This document shows, one piece after another, positions 1 to 13,399 of a stretch of DNA of 64,000 bases. How positions within the stretch are numbered: the stretch's first letter is position 1; the number at the start of each line of letters is the position of its first letter. Under the pieces are notes generated by a model. That model was not told the origin of the DNA and did no database searches. It was given only the letters and a program-made list of their open reading frames with translations. A program made the translations under genes and the position numbers. The DNA is from Octopus vulgaris (lineage: Eukaryota). The stretch spans positions 115,816,001 to 115,880,000 of the forward strand of contig OX597817.1 in assembly GCA_951406725.2 (NCBI GenBank), written 5' to 3'.

Positions 1-429
1 ATACTGTATATAGCAAAGGCCTTCTACCTTTCAATAGAATATAATGGACTATAATTTTTCTCTTTTTCTCGTATTTAATTCGATAAGTTGAAGCATCGAT
101 TAAATATGAATACTGCAATATGAGACAAATGGATCATGCCAGTGTATTTGAAAGGCATGTAAGCTAAATAAATCGTTCGACGGCGCATTTTCATTCTGTA
201 TCTATTTTCCCAAAATACATTGTTTAATACACTGAATTTTGATTGATGTTAGGATTCGCAAATTGGACCTGTCACGGGAGATGAATCACAACATATGTTG
301 AATACTGTGGTAATAGTTGGATAATTTAGTTATCCGGGTTCGAATTCTAGTGGGTGCTTAAAGCAGTATTCGCCTGAATTTATTTAATCACTACTTTCCT
401 TCATGATATATATATATATATATATATTA

Positions 430-800
430 TCTTACTTGTTTCAGTTCGCTCACTGCGGTCATGCCTTCAGGAATTTTATTGGAATGAATCGACAACGCTG
501 TTTATTTTTTTTAAAATCGGGTTCTTAGCCTACCGGTCCCTTTTGCCGAGTCACTAAGTTACGGGGACGTAAACACACCGACACCGGTGGCAGACAAACA
601 CAGACAAAAACACACATCAAACACACACGTCACTCACATTCATACGATGGGATTCTTTCAGTTTCTCTTTACTAAAGGCGTACACAGGGTTTTGGTCTAC
701 CCGAGGCTATATGTGAACAGTTATTGCAAGTGCCACGCACTGGGATTGAACTCTGAACCACGTGGCTGGAAGCAAACTGTTTAGTGCACAACTACAGTTG
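430..800 (-). mobile_element. tRNA-derived SINE (octopus-type), diverged copy
   Basis: Homologous to 1090-1473 and 49550-49960 (ttgtttcagt..tgcggtcatgc; ctaagttacggggacgtaaacacacc; ccgaggctata; gtgccacgcactgggattgaac = reversed B-box region). Confidence 0.8.
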
Positions 801-839
801 CTCATACGCACACACACACACACACACACACACATATGT

Positions 840-1072
840 GAAAGCGCATGGCTCATTGGTTAAAGCGTCAAACGTAAGGTTGTGAGTTCGATTCCCGAAC
901 CGGGCTGCGTGTTGTGTTCTTGAGCAAGACACTTTATTTCACTTGCTCGAGTTCACTCAGCTGTAGGAATGATTTGCTACGTCACTGGTGCCAAGCTGTA
1001 TCCGTCTTTGACTTTCCCTTAGATAACATCGGCGACTACTGGTCTTCCATAAAAACAACCCTAGGCTGTGCG
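840..1072 (+). mobile_element. tRNA-head CORE-type SINE with LINE-like 3' segment
   Basis: A-box-like tggctcattggttaaagcg, B-box gagttcgattccc, CORE-like ttgagcaagacacttt. The 3' part (gtcactggtgccaagctgtatc...) is shared with 5235-5420 and 34540-34787. Confidence 0.8.
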
Positions 1073-1089
1073 TATAGTTCAAATATATC

Positions 1090-1473
1090 TCTTTTACTCT
1101 TTTACTTGTTTCAGTCATTTGACTGCGGCCATGCTGGAGCACCGCCTATAATCGAGCAACTCGACCCCGGGACTTATTGTTTTGTAAGCCCAGTACTTAT
1201 TCTATCGGTCACTTTTGCCGAACCGCTAAGTAACGGGGACATAAACATACCAGAATCGGTTGTCAAGCAATGCTAGGGGGACAAACACAAACACACACAC
1301 GCATATATATACATATATACGACGGGCTTCTTTCGGTTTCCGTCTACCAAATCCACTCACAAGTCTTTGGTCGGCCCGAGGCTATAGTAGAAGACACTTG
1401 CCCAAGGTGCCACGCAGTGGGACTGAACCCGGAGCCATGTGGTTGGTAGGCAAGCTACTTACCACACAGTGCC
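1090..1473 (-). mobile_element. tRNA-derived SINE (octopus-type), well preserved
   Basis: Reverse strand reads gtgtggtaagtagcttgcctaccaaccacatggctccgggttcagtcccactgcgtggcaccttgggcaagtgtcttc. Internal CA/TA tract, several related copies in the window. Confidence 0.85.
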
Positions 1474-1875
1474 GATACATATATTTCAAATATATATATA
1501 TATATTTCAAATATACCCCAGTCCTGAATACAATCCAACTGCAGTTCTGTCAAATCTGTTTGTTTCTGTTTTTACCCCAGTCTCCTTACATTCACTAACC
1601 ACGCAGGAATGCGTAACCGACATCAAAAGAACGACAACTAGTACAACATCATTATCAAAAGAATTACTACATTTTCATCATCATCATCATCATCATCTTC
1701 TTTATTATTATTATCATCATCATCATAATTATCATTATGTTATCATTATTTTTGTAATTCTCTGCTATAATCATCGCAAGTCATGTAAATCTGTTGGATG
1801 TTTCACAAACAATACCCTGGCATATTAAACGTTTTTAAGTTGGAAGTACGGAAAATATATATATATATATATATA

Positions 1876-2065
1876 GGGGGATTTCACGAAAAAAAAAACA
1901 AAAGACGAAGACAGATGGTGTACAAAACAAACAGATGTATTAGTATAACGCTCAGGAATAGAAAAAAGTCTTTTACGTTTCGAGCCTACACTCTTCTACA
2001 GAAAGGGACACAGAAAAAACAAGGACAGAAAAAATTTGTGTAGTGGCTACCAATCTATCATGGCC
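1876..2065 (-). mobile_element. ~190-bp (TA)n-flanked HHR-bearing cassette (Penelope pLTR / retrozyme-like)
   Basis: Homologous to 58929-59138 in the opposite orientation, bounded by TA runs, contains an HHR-like motif at 1970-2005. Confidence 0.7.
1970..2005 (-). ncRNA. Minimal type I hammerhead-like motif, A6U core variant
   Basis: Minus strand CUUU-CUGUAGA-A-GAG-uguagg-CUC-GAAA-CG-U-A-AAAG: stem I CUUU/AAAG, stem II GAG/CUC, palindromic ACGU stem III. Confidence 0.6.
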
Positions 2066-2331
2066 ATATATGTATATATAAGTTCGTCATGGCTGGAATA
2101 CATATTATCAGACGTTTGGACAGATAAGAGCCAACCAGTTCTATAGCACCCGCTATTAATCAACTTCAATAATTCTGATGGTCATGCAAAGAATATCTTC
2201 AGTCCAGTGTTATGGATTAAAATTTCAAAGTGATCATATGAAATGGGCAGTGTTGTACTTTCTTTATTGTTCATGTGTATAGATGGAAGAATTAAGATTA
2301 CAGAATATCTATCTTTTATGCAATTCAACCA

Positions 2332-2373
<42 letters not shown>

Positions 2374-4557
2374 TTGGCTGATAATATGACAATGCATAAG
2401 CCTCACATTAGTTCGGTTTTTTTTTTTCAAAGAGATGAGGAACACAGTAAATGATGAATGTGCTCTTAGCTATGCTGAACAAATTTTCCGAATTTATTAC
2501 TACCTATTTCAGATAAATATAAACTCTAGAATTAAAATGTCCTTGATATCAAGCTGAACTGAGCTTGATATAATCTCATAAATCTGCAGAATAACCACCG
2601 GCTCCTGAACATCAGCTTTTCTATATACTTATGCTGTATGTTAGTCTAACTCCATGTGTTAATTTTGATTTGAAACCAAAAGGATCAAACTATTGTTTCT
2701 GCTGTTTCAATAAATACTAAATATATTGTCTTCATTCTGATTGAGTATAATACGTAAGATATAATTGAAATGAGTTATTCTGACATATTGTGCCATATAT
2801 TTCGTTAGGTCATGTACAGTTTAAGAGAATATTATTGACTTCTAGTGAGATACAATTCTACATGCTAACCTGTAGCATCCTACTTTACGATACAGGTTTC
2901 AAAGTTCCACTCTAGGTAAAAGCAGTTCTCTATATTGTAGCTGTAACTTATGTAGTGTAACGCCCATGCATTTTTCTGATAAATTGAAGGAATAAGTTTA
3001 ATGGACTATCCTCAAATACGAATTACTTAGCTAACACAATTAATCTAATTTTCTCTCACTCCACAATACAAGCCACGGAAATGGCAACTATTTAATTTAG
3101 GCAAATACAATATAATAAGCAACAAAGAAAAATACTGTTTTTGACATTTATTAAATATGAAATATAACTTACGAATTTTAGAATTGTTTTAAAGCAGCCC
3201 TTCTGTTTCAACATTACGATATGAAATATAGTGTGGCAATTGTTTATCACTTTAATTGTTGAGACTTGTTGCAGCGGATTGATTTTTGAATTCTCTATCC
3301 CAAATTAGATCTATAATTTATTAATATTCTAGTTAAATCCAATAACTGATATGCGAGCATTATAATAATGCATAATCAAAGTAGTATTGTTTCTATTTTA
3401 TATCACTCAGATAGATTGGCATAAAAGCGGTAATAAAAACCTTGAAAGGAAATTAAATGTGTAGCTTGATTATAATTTTATGGTTCTATTAATATAGCTA
3501 GATTATATTGCGTGCAATGCGAAACTAAATATGAGTAAGTATTTGGCATAAATTCAGATATATCTAATATTTATAAGTGCAATACGCATTTTAAACCCAA
3601 CACACTAATACATAACCAGAGATAATATTCCAATGCTTCCATTAGAATGTATCGCGTATATAACACAACTATAATAGCATGATTTTGAGGTCTGTTATGT
3701 CTCTTTACATTGAGTTCAAATTCTGTCGGTCATATCAATGAAAAGCAAACATTGATTTACAAGGCGGATCGCAGAATTGGAAATCGAATATAAAAAAAGG
3801 AAAACAATAAGGAGTCAAGAATAACTTGGTATTCAGTGTTAGACTCCTATCTGTGATGAGATGCAGCCAGTATAGAGTGAAATACAGTAAGAATTTTTCT
3901 TCGATGCAACTATGCTCAGAAGTCCCGCGTCGATGCAACAACACACACTTGGTAGAAATCAAGTAGTATCATTGTACAACCACAGTAAGAAAGACTGCGG
4001 AAGTAGTAGTGTTTCTGCATCTCAGATGCACCTGATGTCATTTTCACCGCATAAAGTAATGGCCACTTTTGAAAATACCTTTGGTACTTTTGCTCTAATT
4101 TTAGGTAACCGCTGAACCAGTAACGAGTTTATCTATCCTCTTCACATACTTGTTGTGTTAGTCCAGCTCTATTGTTCTAGCATACATCCTCGTGCACATC
4201 TTGTGGTCAGAGCACTTTTAACATTTGTGAGGCGAGAATGTAACAGATTGTAAAGGACTATAGATAATAACTAGAACTTAAGGGTGGTTCAAGTTGTCTT
4301 TCCATCACATCTCTGAGGCTATTAACTACCAAGTGTAGATGTGCAGAAATGGATCCATTCTAAATATATTAAGGATTGGAGACAAAGGTGTATGCGACAA
4401 CTGTGAAGTGTTCCTTAAGACATACCATGAAATTATACTCTGTTTTAGGGCAATGAATTCCGCCTAGTATCAGGATATATGGTCAATGTACCTTTCTAGA
4501 TTTATATAACTTGCTATGATTATAACATGGAGAGAGAATTACAACAATAATGGTAAC

Positions 4558-4558
<1 letters not shown>

Positions 4559-4650
<92 letters not shown>
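4559..4650. repeat. Compound (TAA)n(CAA)n microsatellite
   Basis: Directly visible. Confidence 0.95.
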
Positions 4651-5234
4651 TATATATATATACATACATATGCATATACACATATATATATATAGATATA
4701 TACATACATATGCATTTTTGTGTGAATGTGTATGTGTGTCTGACATCCGCGCCATATTTGAAGAAAGTTTCTTGAATTAAAATTTATCAACTTTATCAAA
4801 AATTATTCAGAAAGACAGAATGACACAAACCTTCACAAGGAAGTGTTTAAATAGTGTGCAAAAGCTTAAGTTGTTAAGTTTTCCAAGCACGTGTGTTATG
4901 CAGTAACCAATAGAAAGTAGGTTGTTTCCAATAGTGGTGTTGATAAGCTTACGTTCATTTTCGGATTTAGAATTCTTGCAAAGTATTACTCTTTTGTATT
5001 TTGTAGTTGATAAACCACTCTTTCTTTGTTTAGCAAAAGAAAAGTTAGAAAATATTATTTTAAAGATGTAGATCTATCATTTATTGCTTATGTACTAATT
5101 TTCATCTTGTTTGCCCAATAAATTTCTTAATGCATTTTGTGCATTTGATACAGTTCTTGGGATTCTTGTTTGCTTTAAGCTACATTTCCTTCTCGTTCTT
5201 GAATGTTCTGAGTGTCCCTCGTTCAATTATTTCA

Positions 5235-5420
5235 TGTGACCCACGACTAGAGTTTCTGCAGCTTGTATCAGCCTTGCCTTTCTCTTTGATTACATCGGTG
5301 GCGTGTAGAGGGGAGGCTAGTATGCATGTGCGACTTCTGCTCTTCCATAGACAATCATGCCCCGAGGATAGCTTTGTAGGTGCATTCCCATGGTTATTCG
5401 TGACCGAAGCGGGTCTTTGC
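5235..5420 (+). mobile_element. 3' portion of the SINE family seen at 840-1072 and 34540-34787
   Basis: acatcggtggcgtgtagagggggaggc...cccatggttattcgtgaccgaagcgggtc matches 34645-34780. Confidence 0.75.
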
Positions 5421-5424
5421 ATTT

Positions 5425-5553
5425 ATATATCTATGTACATTTATATATATATATATGTGTATATGTGTGTGTGTGTATACGCATATATATATATAAACAT
5501 ACATATACATACATACACACACATGATACATACATACATACATACATACACAG

Positions 5554-5596
<43 letters not shown>

Positions 5597-5742
5597 CGTA
5601 CATATATATATACATATGTACGTGTATGTTTGTGTGTTTGTGTGTATATATATATGTGTATGTATGTATATGTATGTTTATATATATATATGCGTATACA
5701 CACACACACTTATATACATATATATAAACGTATGTGTGTACA

Positions 5743-5808
<66 letters not shown>
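5425..5808. repeat. Complex TA/CA/TG microsatellite with an internal ~55-bp inverted duplication
   Basis: 5465-5518 is the reverse complement of 5655-5709. Confidence 0.9.
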
Positions 5809-5810
<2 letters not shown>

Positions 5811-6528
5811 CATTCTTTTAATAGTTTCAGTTTTAGGGTGGTGGCCTAGAGGTGCGTGCGTACAAATTTTTTTTTAAATTCCACACACGGTTTGATCTTT
5901 AGATGATACATTGTAAAGATATCACGCATTGATTTTGGTGCGAGATTATAACCGTTTTCATGTGCAGCATTGTGAAATGTATCATAAAAACCGACCAAAG
6001 TTAATTGTACGTTTAATCAAAAACAATACTTTGTAATGTCTTCTACAATTGATAGGCGCCAGAAATTCCGATAACTTAATACGATTCCCATTATCATTCA
6101 TACTCTTTGTACGTGTGCACGTTGAATATATTTTTTCTTATAATTTACAATCTATCCGATTTCAATTAATTTCCTTTACAGCTACAATGTGGCATTTTAT
6201 TTATATCAAGCGTCTGTCTTTAGACTGTGAGGTTAACATTAGTTTAGTTTTTGTAACTATATGTTCACTTAACTTGAATTATATTCGTTAAATAATGCTA
6301 TATATGTTTAAATAAATTTATTTAGTGGCGCAAAGTCGAATCGATTTGAAAACGTTTTAACCTGAGGTTTCTATCTCTAGACTGGGCTATCGTGTTTTAA
6401 TAATCAACGTATTTTTGGACAATTTATCATTCTGTCATTAGAAAGATTAACCTTCATCTTTTGGCTCGTCAATAAGTAGCATGTTCCAGATGATTGTGAA
6501 CAGATCGCTGTCATAACATGTCTTGTGC

Positions 6529-6569
<41 letters not shown>

Positions 6570-6729
6570 GTTTGAAACCCTCCTTTTTGTGAAATATAGC
6601 AAACTGCTTTTTATATTAATTTTATAGGTACACATTAGCGAATCCCGAAATCATCGAATTGTTTTTAGATGAAGGAAACGTAAATACTAATGGCGAAACG
6701 AGTCCGAAAAAAAACCAAACGGTCGGGCG

Positions 6730-6784
6730 GTCTTAATTGGTGAGGCAACGGAAATTGCCGAAACTAATGCGACAGTATTAAGAC
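6730..6784 (+). ncRNA. Type I hammerhead ribozyme fold with two core substitutions
   Basis: GUCUUAA | UUGGUGA | GGCAA-cggaaa-UUGCC | GAAA CU-aaugcgac-AG U A | UUAAGAC: 7-bp stem I, 5-bp stem II, 3-bp stem III, GUA triplet. The core differs from CUGANGA at C3U and A6G. Confidence 0.65.
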
Positions 6785-7029
6785 TTCTCGATTGGCACTT
6801 TTAGGACGATTATGGACCCTGTTGGTGTATATGCTTTCATTCATGAGCATTAACTACAGCATATAGCTGTTTCTAACAATGTAGGTGTTTCCTAACACCA
6901 TAGTCACATTTAGTGACGTTTGCAATTCTCCTCTTTGTAGAAACATTGCAAACTGCTAATCATATCAATTATATATATATATATATATACCTTTTATATA
7001 TTTCTATATATACTTTTTATATATTTCAC

Positions 7030-8620
7030 GTCGAATTGCTAACATAGACTCTCTAATTATCTTGCAAGAATAATTAATGAGGCAAAACTTTAGCGCAACA
7101 GTAGAGACTCAGATGCTTCCATAAATGGGTCCCGTTATGGTTATATGGAGGTTTAAATAATTCAGTTGTCTTGTGGAATCATTAGTTTTTCTATTTTCTT
7201 GGTTCATATGCTGTAATAACATTCAAGCTACTTGATTTATCTGGAGGACCCTTCGTGTTTAAGATTGTGAAATACCTTTCTTCATCCATAAAATGTTAAG
7301 ATATGCTGTATTCTGTCAAATGTATTTTCTATTTACATTCATAAGTCCTTCAGCACCACTTTTCTTCTATCCTAGTTATATCTTATTGCCTTCTGAGTGA
7401 GCAACCAGCTTGTTGTAGGATACAGTTCTAAGTACTTTATAGGTTCGCGTAAGCAAGTTACACGCCGGTACTTTTGAGGGGAGGCTCTTCAGTATTCTGC
7501 TTTGGAGAATTAACACGGTTTTCTTCGCCAGCAGCCATTCGTATAATGCCACTGGTATGGATACCAGTTCAGTGAAATTTTCGATAAATTCATGAGAAGT
7601 AGTCAGCTATTTCGGTCAAAATGCGAGAATTCATAAATCTCTAATACTTTGCAGTTCCTAACGTATTTGGTATTTCAACGCCGGTGAGATAAATCACGCT
7701 GACAGTTTTATAGCTTATTCTGATTTAGAGCGTTTCCTTAACTCTTCTATACTTTATTGTGTTCTCTGTTTTTGTCCATATTCCGTCCGAGAATTCTAAA
7801 ATCCTGTTAATGTTGGTGTTTCTACCTGCACTACGATTTTCTTTTCTGAAAATTCTCTTATAAAATCACTTGATATGAAATATAAAAACTTAATTTTTCT
7901 CTATGAAGCGGATGCATTTTGCAAAATGTTTAGTTATTCATAGATTTACTAAATATGTCTTACAAATCTTTGTGTTTCTTCAAGAGTATTCTCTTTGTTA
8001 TCGACACGATACTTTGTTTCAGTTATTCCTTGTTTAATGTTCGTCATCGCATTTTCGTATTCATTAAACAAACATAACAAAGTTTTGATAAAATTTCGTA
8101 TGTATTTTCTTTAAAGCTTTCTTAGGTCTGGCTGATTTTTACTAGGATTCAGTTCGATACAACCACCTGAAGTAATTAGATAATTTAATCTATTCATATT
8201 GGAATAGCTTGTTCACATGAACATTTCGTTTTGCAAAACATTGTTACATATATTCATATTTTCATGTAGCCAATCATTCATATTCAACTTCGGTATGGGC
8301 TTACATTGATCAATGTTCAGCGGTATGTTTTTCTTTTATGTTTTGCCTGATGCCATTACTTTATTAATGGGCGTTTTTAGTTAATAAACTGGGACAACTA
8401 TAATGTGTTGATTGCTCGTAGTATTTTTCAGATTGTTACAATCATCTGTTGATATTTCCTAATATGTGTTGAAAGAAGTGTGCCACTTATCAGGATATCC
8501 TATTAGCAATCTCAATATAGTTCATATACTTGCATGCATTTCCTGTTATCTATTTAAAACTTCGATAATTAAGAAATTCTTCCATAATTACTGCAAAGTT
8601 TTATTTAATTAGGACGTCCT
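7030..8620 (-). mobile_element. Degenerate non-LTR retrotransposon (R4/Dong-like RT region)
   Basis: Frameshifted minus-strand translation near 7420-7545 gives EWLLAKKTVLI...KYRRVTCL..YKVL (RT domain 1-2, YRPITCL-like). FIREFSEKKIVVQVETP near 7810-7865 resembles the pre-RT region of this clade. Confidence 0.6.
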
Positions 8621-8909
8621 ACTACCGTAACAAATATATCGAAACGCTTTCATTAAGGCCAATCAGTTTCTCCCCCAGGACTAAACAAGAGACTATCAAA
8701 TATGTGATAAACGTGTAGAATAAGGAAAGAGGTAGTATAGGGGGCATTTGAAGACATAATTTTTCGGAAACACTCTAAATCGATATTTTAAAAAATACGT
8801 TTATAAATCCTTAACGCAATCCATCGCACTAGATGCATATATTTCTGTAATTATGTTTGCCCTAAAATGAGTGTTTCGTAGGCTGATATGTGTTTATGTA
8901 TCTACGCAC

Positions 8910-8938
8910 ATATGTATGTGTGTGTGTGCATGTGCGTG

Positions 8939-8976
<38 letters not shown>

Positions 8977-9006
8977 CGTGTTTGTGTGCGTGTATGTGTG
9001 TGTGTT
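8910..9006. repeat. (TG)n microsatellite
   Basis: Directly visible. Confidence 0.95.
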
Positions 9007-9049
9007 GATATCTATTTACACATGTAGGTGGCAAAGACAGTCCTACTGC

Positions 9050-11405
9050 ATTTATTTTAATATATAAAATACCATGTCTGTGTGTGTGTCCTCAATGCAC
9101 GCTCAAGCCACTGGATCAATCAGTACTATACTTGGGGTATATGAATAATTTGACCTTCGAAAGAAAAATACGGTCTTGATTTATTTTTTCGTATATAAAA
9201 ATAAATAATATTGCTCTCTATATAAAGATTCACTTCTTCAAATCGTTTTCTCAACTTCTTGTGTTTGAGCTTTCTTTCTTTGGCGTCCGAACCAGTTATT
9301 TACACCCACATGTATGAATAAATCATTACAGTTGTGACAATTTCTGCTACAAAAGTAATACTAAAATACTTTCATGTCAGAAAGATAATTTCATATGGAG
9401 ATAGACACATTTTCCTCATTTAATTAAATGAGGTACTGTATATTGTACATTGATTTTCTGATACATATTTCGGACATTTTTGGAACAAGTCTCATTATTA
9501 AGACTTGATATTTCACATATAAATCCCATGTGACTATTCTTGGCGCAAATCGACTTAACACTTTCATTTAACTGTTTGGTGAATGTCAACATAGTAACTA
9601 AGTAACCAGCTACTCACACACACACACACGTATGTATACATCATTATAGTTGTGACGATTTCAGCTAAGGAAAATTTCTAAAGTTACTTACATTGAGAAT
9701 GATCAAGTCACCCGATTGTACTTTTTTTTCTACGGTTTCCGACATTGTCTCCAACGGAGATTCTGAATATGCAAAACAAAAATCCCCTTTTAGACTTTTT
9801 AATACACTCCCTCCTTAACTTTTCAATTTTTCCGCCGAAATTTTACGACTAGGGTTAAGGGTTAAATACGGATGCACAAACGCCCAAAACGGAGAAACTG
9901 AAACAAATATGGACGACTTATTCCGAACTATCCCCCCCACCAATGGGGAACAGCTCGCAGAAATAATCCCCACTTGTGTTCCCTCCAAATCCTATATGTT
10001 TGGAATCTACATAGTGCAAGGTATATTTGTTGACAATTTCATTGAAAAATATCCATTTCCCTGAAAGTTAAGACGAATTGAAGTGGACTCCGGTGAATTT
10101 TCCGAAAATCCTCCTCACTTTTCCCCCCAAAATTTTGTATATTCCGAGTTTGCATGATATAGCATATGTTCGTAGAAAATTTCATTAAAAAAATATCCAT
10201 ATTTCTGAAAGTTATCATCCAAAATCGGCGGAGGCAAAAAACCTCTGATGAGATGATACCAACTGTCAATGATCTCATAATGCATATGCTCCAAAAAATT
10301 GCACAAACCTTTAGCAACAGTCAATGGCTCTGTGGACGAGCCATCTTAGCGCCACGTAATGATGCTGTCAATAAAACCAACTGGGATCTCTTGCAGCTGT
10401 TGCCTGGACAAGAACAGTCTTTCAATTCCCTTGATACTGTCATTGATCAGGACCAGGCTGTAGTTTTGCCTGGGATGTTGCCTCACCACCTAATACTTAA
10501 AAAGGGGGCTCTAATCTGGCTCAGCAATCTGGATCCACCTCGTCTGTGAAATGTTACAAGACTGGTAGGGAAAGTGATGAGACCTCATGTCCTAGAGGTA
10601 ACAATTATGACTGGGAATTATAAGTGTGAGGATGTCTTCATTCCACGGATCCTGTTAATACCATATGATTTCTCCCTTTGAATTTCAACGGTTCCAGTTC
10701 CCAGTGAAACTAACTTTCACTATGTCAATAAACAAGTTTCAAAGAAAGGTTTCTGGACTTCACCTTGCTTCTCTCATGGGCAATTATATGTAGGATGTTC
10801 GCGAGTTGGAACTCCCCAAAATCTTTTCATTTATTTACCAATTAAAGGGCACAATCAAAACATCGTATATTTAGAAGCTCTGGATAATTAAACTGTGATT
10901 GATTTCCGGATTTGTTTCAATACTTTTGTTTATACTCACGTCATCTGACAGACATTTTGTTGAATGTACTAATTAACAGGAGGGGAGAGCTCGCAGTCCG
11001 GTTCTTCTCAAATTTATGCATTTTCATGTTCAACTTGTTTGAAATATGTTCGGACAATTGAAGGTAATTGCAAAGGCAAAGAACTACCTGTTTTTTTTTA
11101 AGCGATTTTAACAGTGAGAACATCGGATAAAACATGTTATTGTCATTAATAGTTTGTGTCTCAGCCAATTATTGTTGATAACTGCCTTATCTATGTTTCA
11201 TTTTACTGAGAGATTTAAAAGGCATCATTAAATTTCATTAGTTTCAGTAACCGGGAAAGCGCCGCGTTATTAACGTATGAAAATGGTATCTCAGCTACTA
11301 AAAGGTGAAACCACAGTAGTCTGTGTTTGATGTCAGAGACCTAAAAGGATTTTTTAAAATTTCATTATATTCTTTAACCCGGGTAACGCCGAGTATTTCT
11401 GCTAG
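9050..11405 (+). mobile_element. Internally deleted Helitron
   Basis: 3' end cccgggtaacgccgag (hairpin)-tatttctg-CTAG/T at 11378-11406. 5' tatataaaa...gtctgtgtgtgtgtcc motif, boundary approximate. PIF1 helicase remnant inside. Confidence 0.8.
10260..10890 (+). pseudogene. Helitron PIF1-family helicase C-terminal fragment (disrupted)
   Basis: WLCGRAILAPRNDAVNKTN..LLPGQEQSFNSLDTV..PGMLPHHLILKKGA..NLDPPRL*NVTRLV. Downstream FIPRILLIP, FPVKLTFTMSINK and SHGQLYVGCSRV motifs with frameshifts. Confidence 0.9.
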
Positions 11406-11834
11406 TTTACGATAAAATATACATATACGTTGGTCAGTCATAAAAATACGTTATAATGCAAGAACACTTATTTCCCTAGTCACCCATGGGAAGATTATAA
11501 CATTAAATTTAGAGGTGTTGTTGTATCTTTGTTACTGTTGTGACCATTCTTCATCTCACTGTTTTAGACGATTGCAAGATAATTAACAGGGAAAACAGTC
11601 AATTTTGGAGCAAGTGAATTAATATTAAGAACCGTTTTGTTTCGAAACCGGAAGAGGGTTGTGCGCTTGAGAGATCAGAAATTTGGTAAGTGGATGGAAT
11701 TACGTTATCAGTTACAAGGAGAAATATTGAATATTATTAAATATTATTAAATAAATTAATTAAGACTAAAGATGTATTTGTTTCTTTCCCATCTTGAAAT
11801 GCATCAGGACTTCCTTTCCATACTAATATGTATG

Positions 11835-11868
<34 letters not shown>

Positions 11869-13399
11869 TGTATGTATGTATGTATACACATGTGTGTGTG
11901 TGTTTTGTTTGTATATGCATGGAAGCTAGATGAAATACAATTCCAGATGCTAGTATAAAAGCTAGCCATTATGAGTAAGACCTTTTCCGTAGAAGAGAAT
12001 ATCATTTTCAGGTAAATGACCTAAATTCATTTTTCTCGACAGCACAAGTCAACATTCTGTTATTCTATTATTTTCATGGATTTTGCTTTTCAGTGCAATA
12101 AATTTAACTCTTATGTGCAGAAATTAAATTACTCCGTTACCGGTGATGCCTTACAATTTATCATGCCTTAATTATACTATACTATATCGTACAGAATTAT
12201 ATCTAGAAATGTATTTAGGGTTTCTTTTTCAGTACTCAAATGTGTATATACTACGTCTATAGTTGTGTCTGTCTGTCTGTCTCTCTTTATATGTTTGTGT
12301 GTGTGTGTATTATAGATTTACAGTTTTCTGCCCTGGCTTGGAAACCCTGGCTCTTATTATCATTCTTTTGTCCACCCTAGACTAACCAAACTGATATTTT
12401 CAATTGCATATTCGCTGTGAAAACATCATTCTGCTTTAACCTATTGTTTTCGAAACTTTAGCAGATTCGTTGGAAGACTGTATTTAATATATGCTCTATT
12501 TTACATTCAAGTGCATAGAGATCTGACTTGTAGGAAATATATCCTTAATTCTTGTTTAGAATCATTTCTTAGTTTATCGTTGCTGTTTATGAATTCCGTA
12601 GTATTTACTATTTAACACGTGTTTCTAGAGGTTCTCTCAGATGAATTTTGTGTTAGCTACTTAACTTTGTGAAACAGAATCCCTTGCATTTTCGTTCATT
12701 TGTCATTGTCATCCACTGATACATTTTGTCGTGTTCACTCGTCCTACCTCCTTCAATGGGTGCATATTTTCCAGTAACACCTACAAAACCTATCTCATTT
12801 CTATTTATATTATGTATCAAATGATGTTCAGCAAAGCGATACAGAGTGATTTATTGCTTTATCACACACACACCTCATATTCAAAATGACTATTGATGCT
12901 CTGCTTTCTTATGTTATCGTGATCAAAACAACATTGTGTCTCAACTTTGAATTATGGACTTAAGTTTAATTAGAAAATGCTCTTCATGCATAAACCTATC
13001 TTTCTGACATCATTTGTGACATCATTTCACTTTGTTATCATTTCTTTTCATCCATGCTGGACTTTTAGTTCGTGAGTAAATACAACTTTCATTCGTCTTC
13101 TTTTATTCCTCATCTCTCTCCGTCTTTTTTTATTTTTTATGCAACAGTTACTGCTTCTGATTCCGCTATCAACTACAACATCATCACTACCACCGTCCAC
13201 AAAAACAACACAACCCACCATCATAAACCCCATACCACCACCACCACCACCACTACTTTCTTTTTCTTGTAGTGTTGAGGAGGAGAAATCAGATAAAATA
13301 TACATAGCGTAGAAAATAATTAAACAAGACCTGATACAGGGAGTTTCCTATTAGAGTCAAAGAAAATTTTCATCTAACTGCTGTGTTTGTTTTTTCCAT

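Noticed and set aside
4483-5849. Long ORFs with poly-Y/I/C/L or YIYI runs (also at 16756-17141, 17806-18241, 47340-47908, 53377-53718 and elsewhere)
   Set aside because: Translations of stop-free microsatellites, with no protein-like content.
9850-9864. tagggttaagggtta as an interstitial telomere repeat
   Set aside because: Only about two imperfect units, inside a Helitron; not significant.
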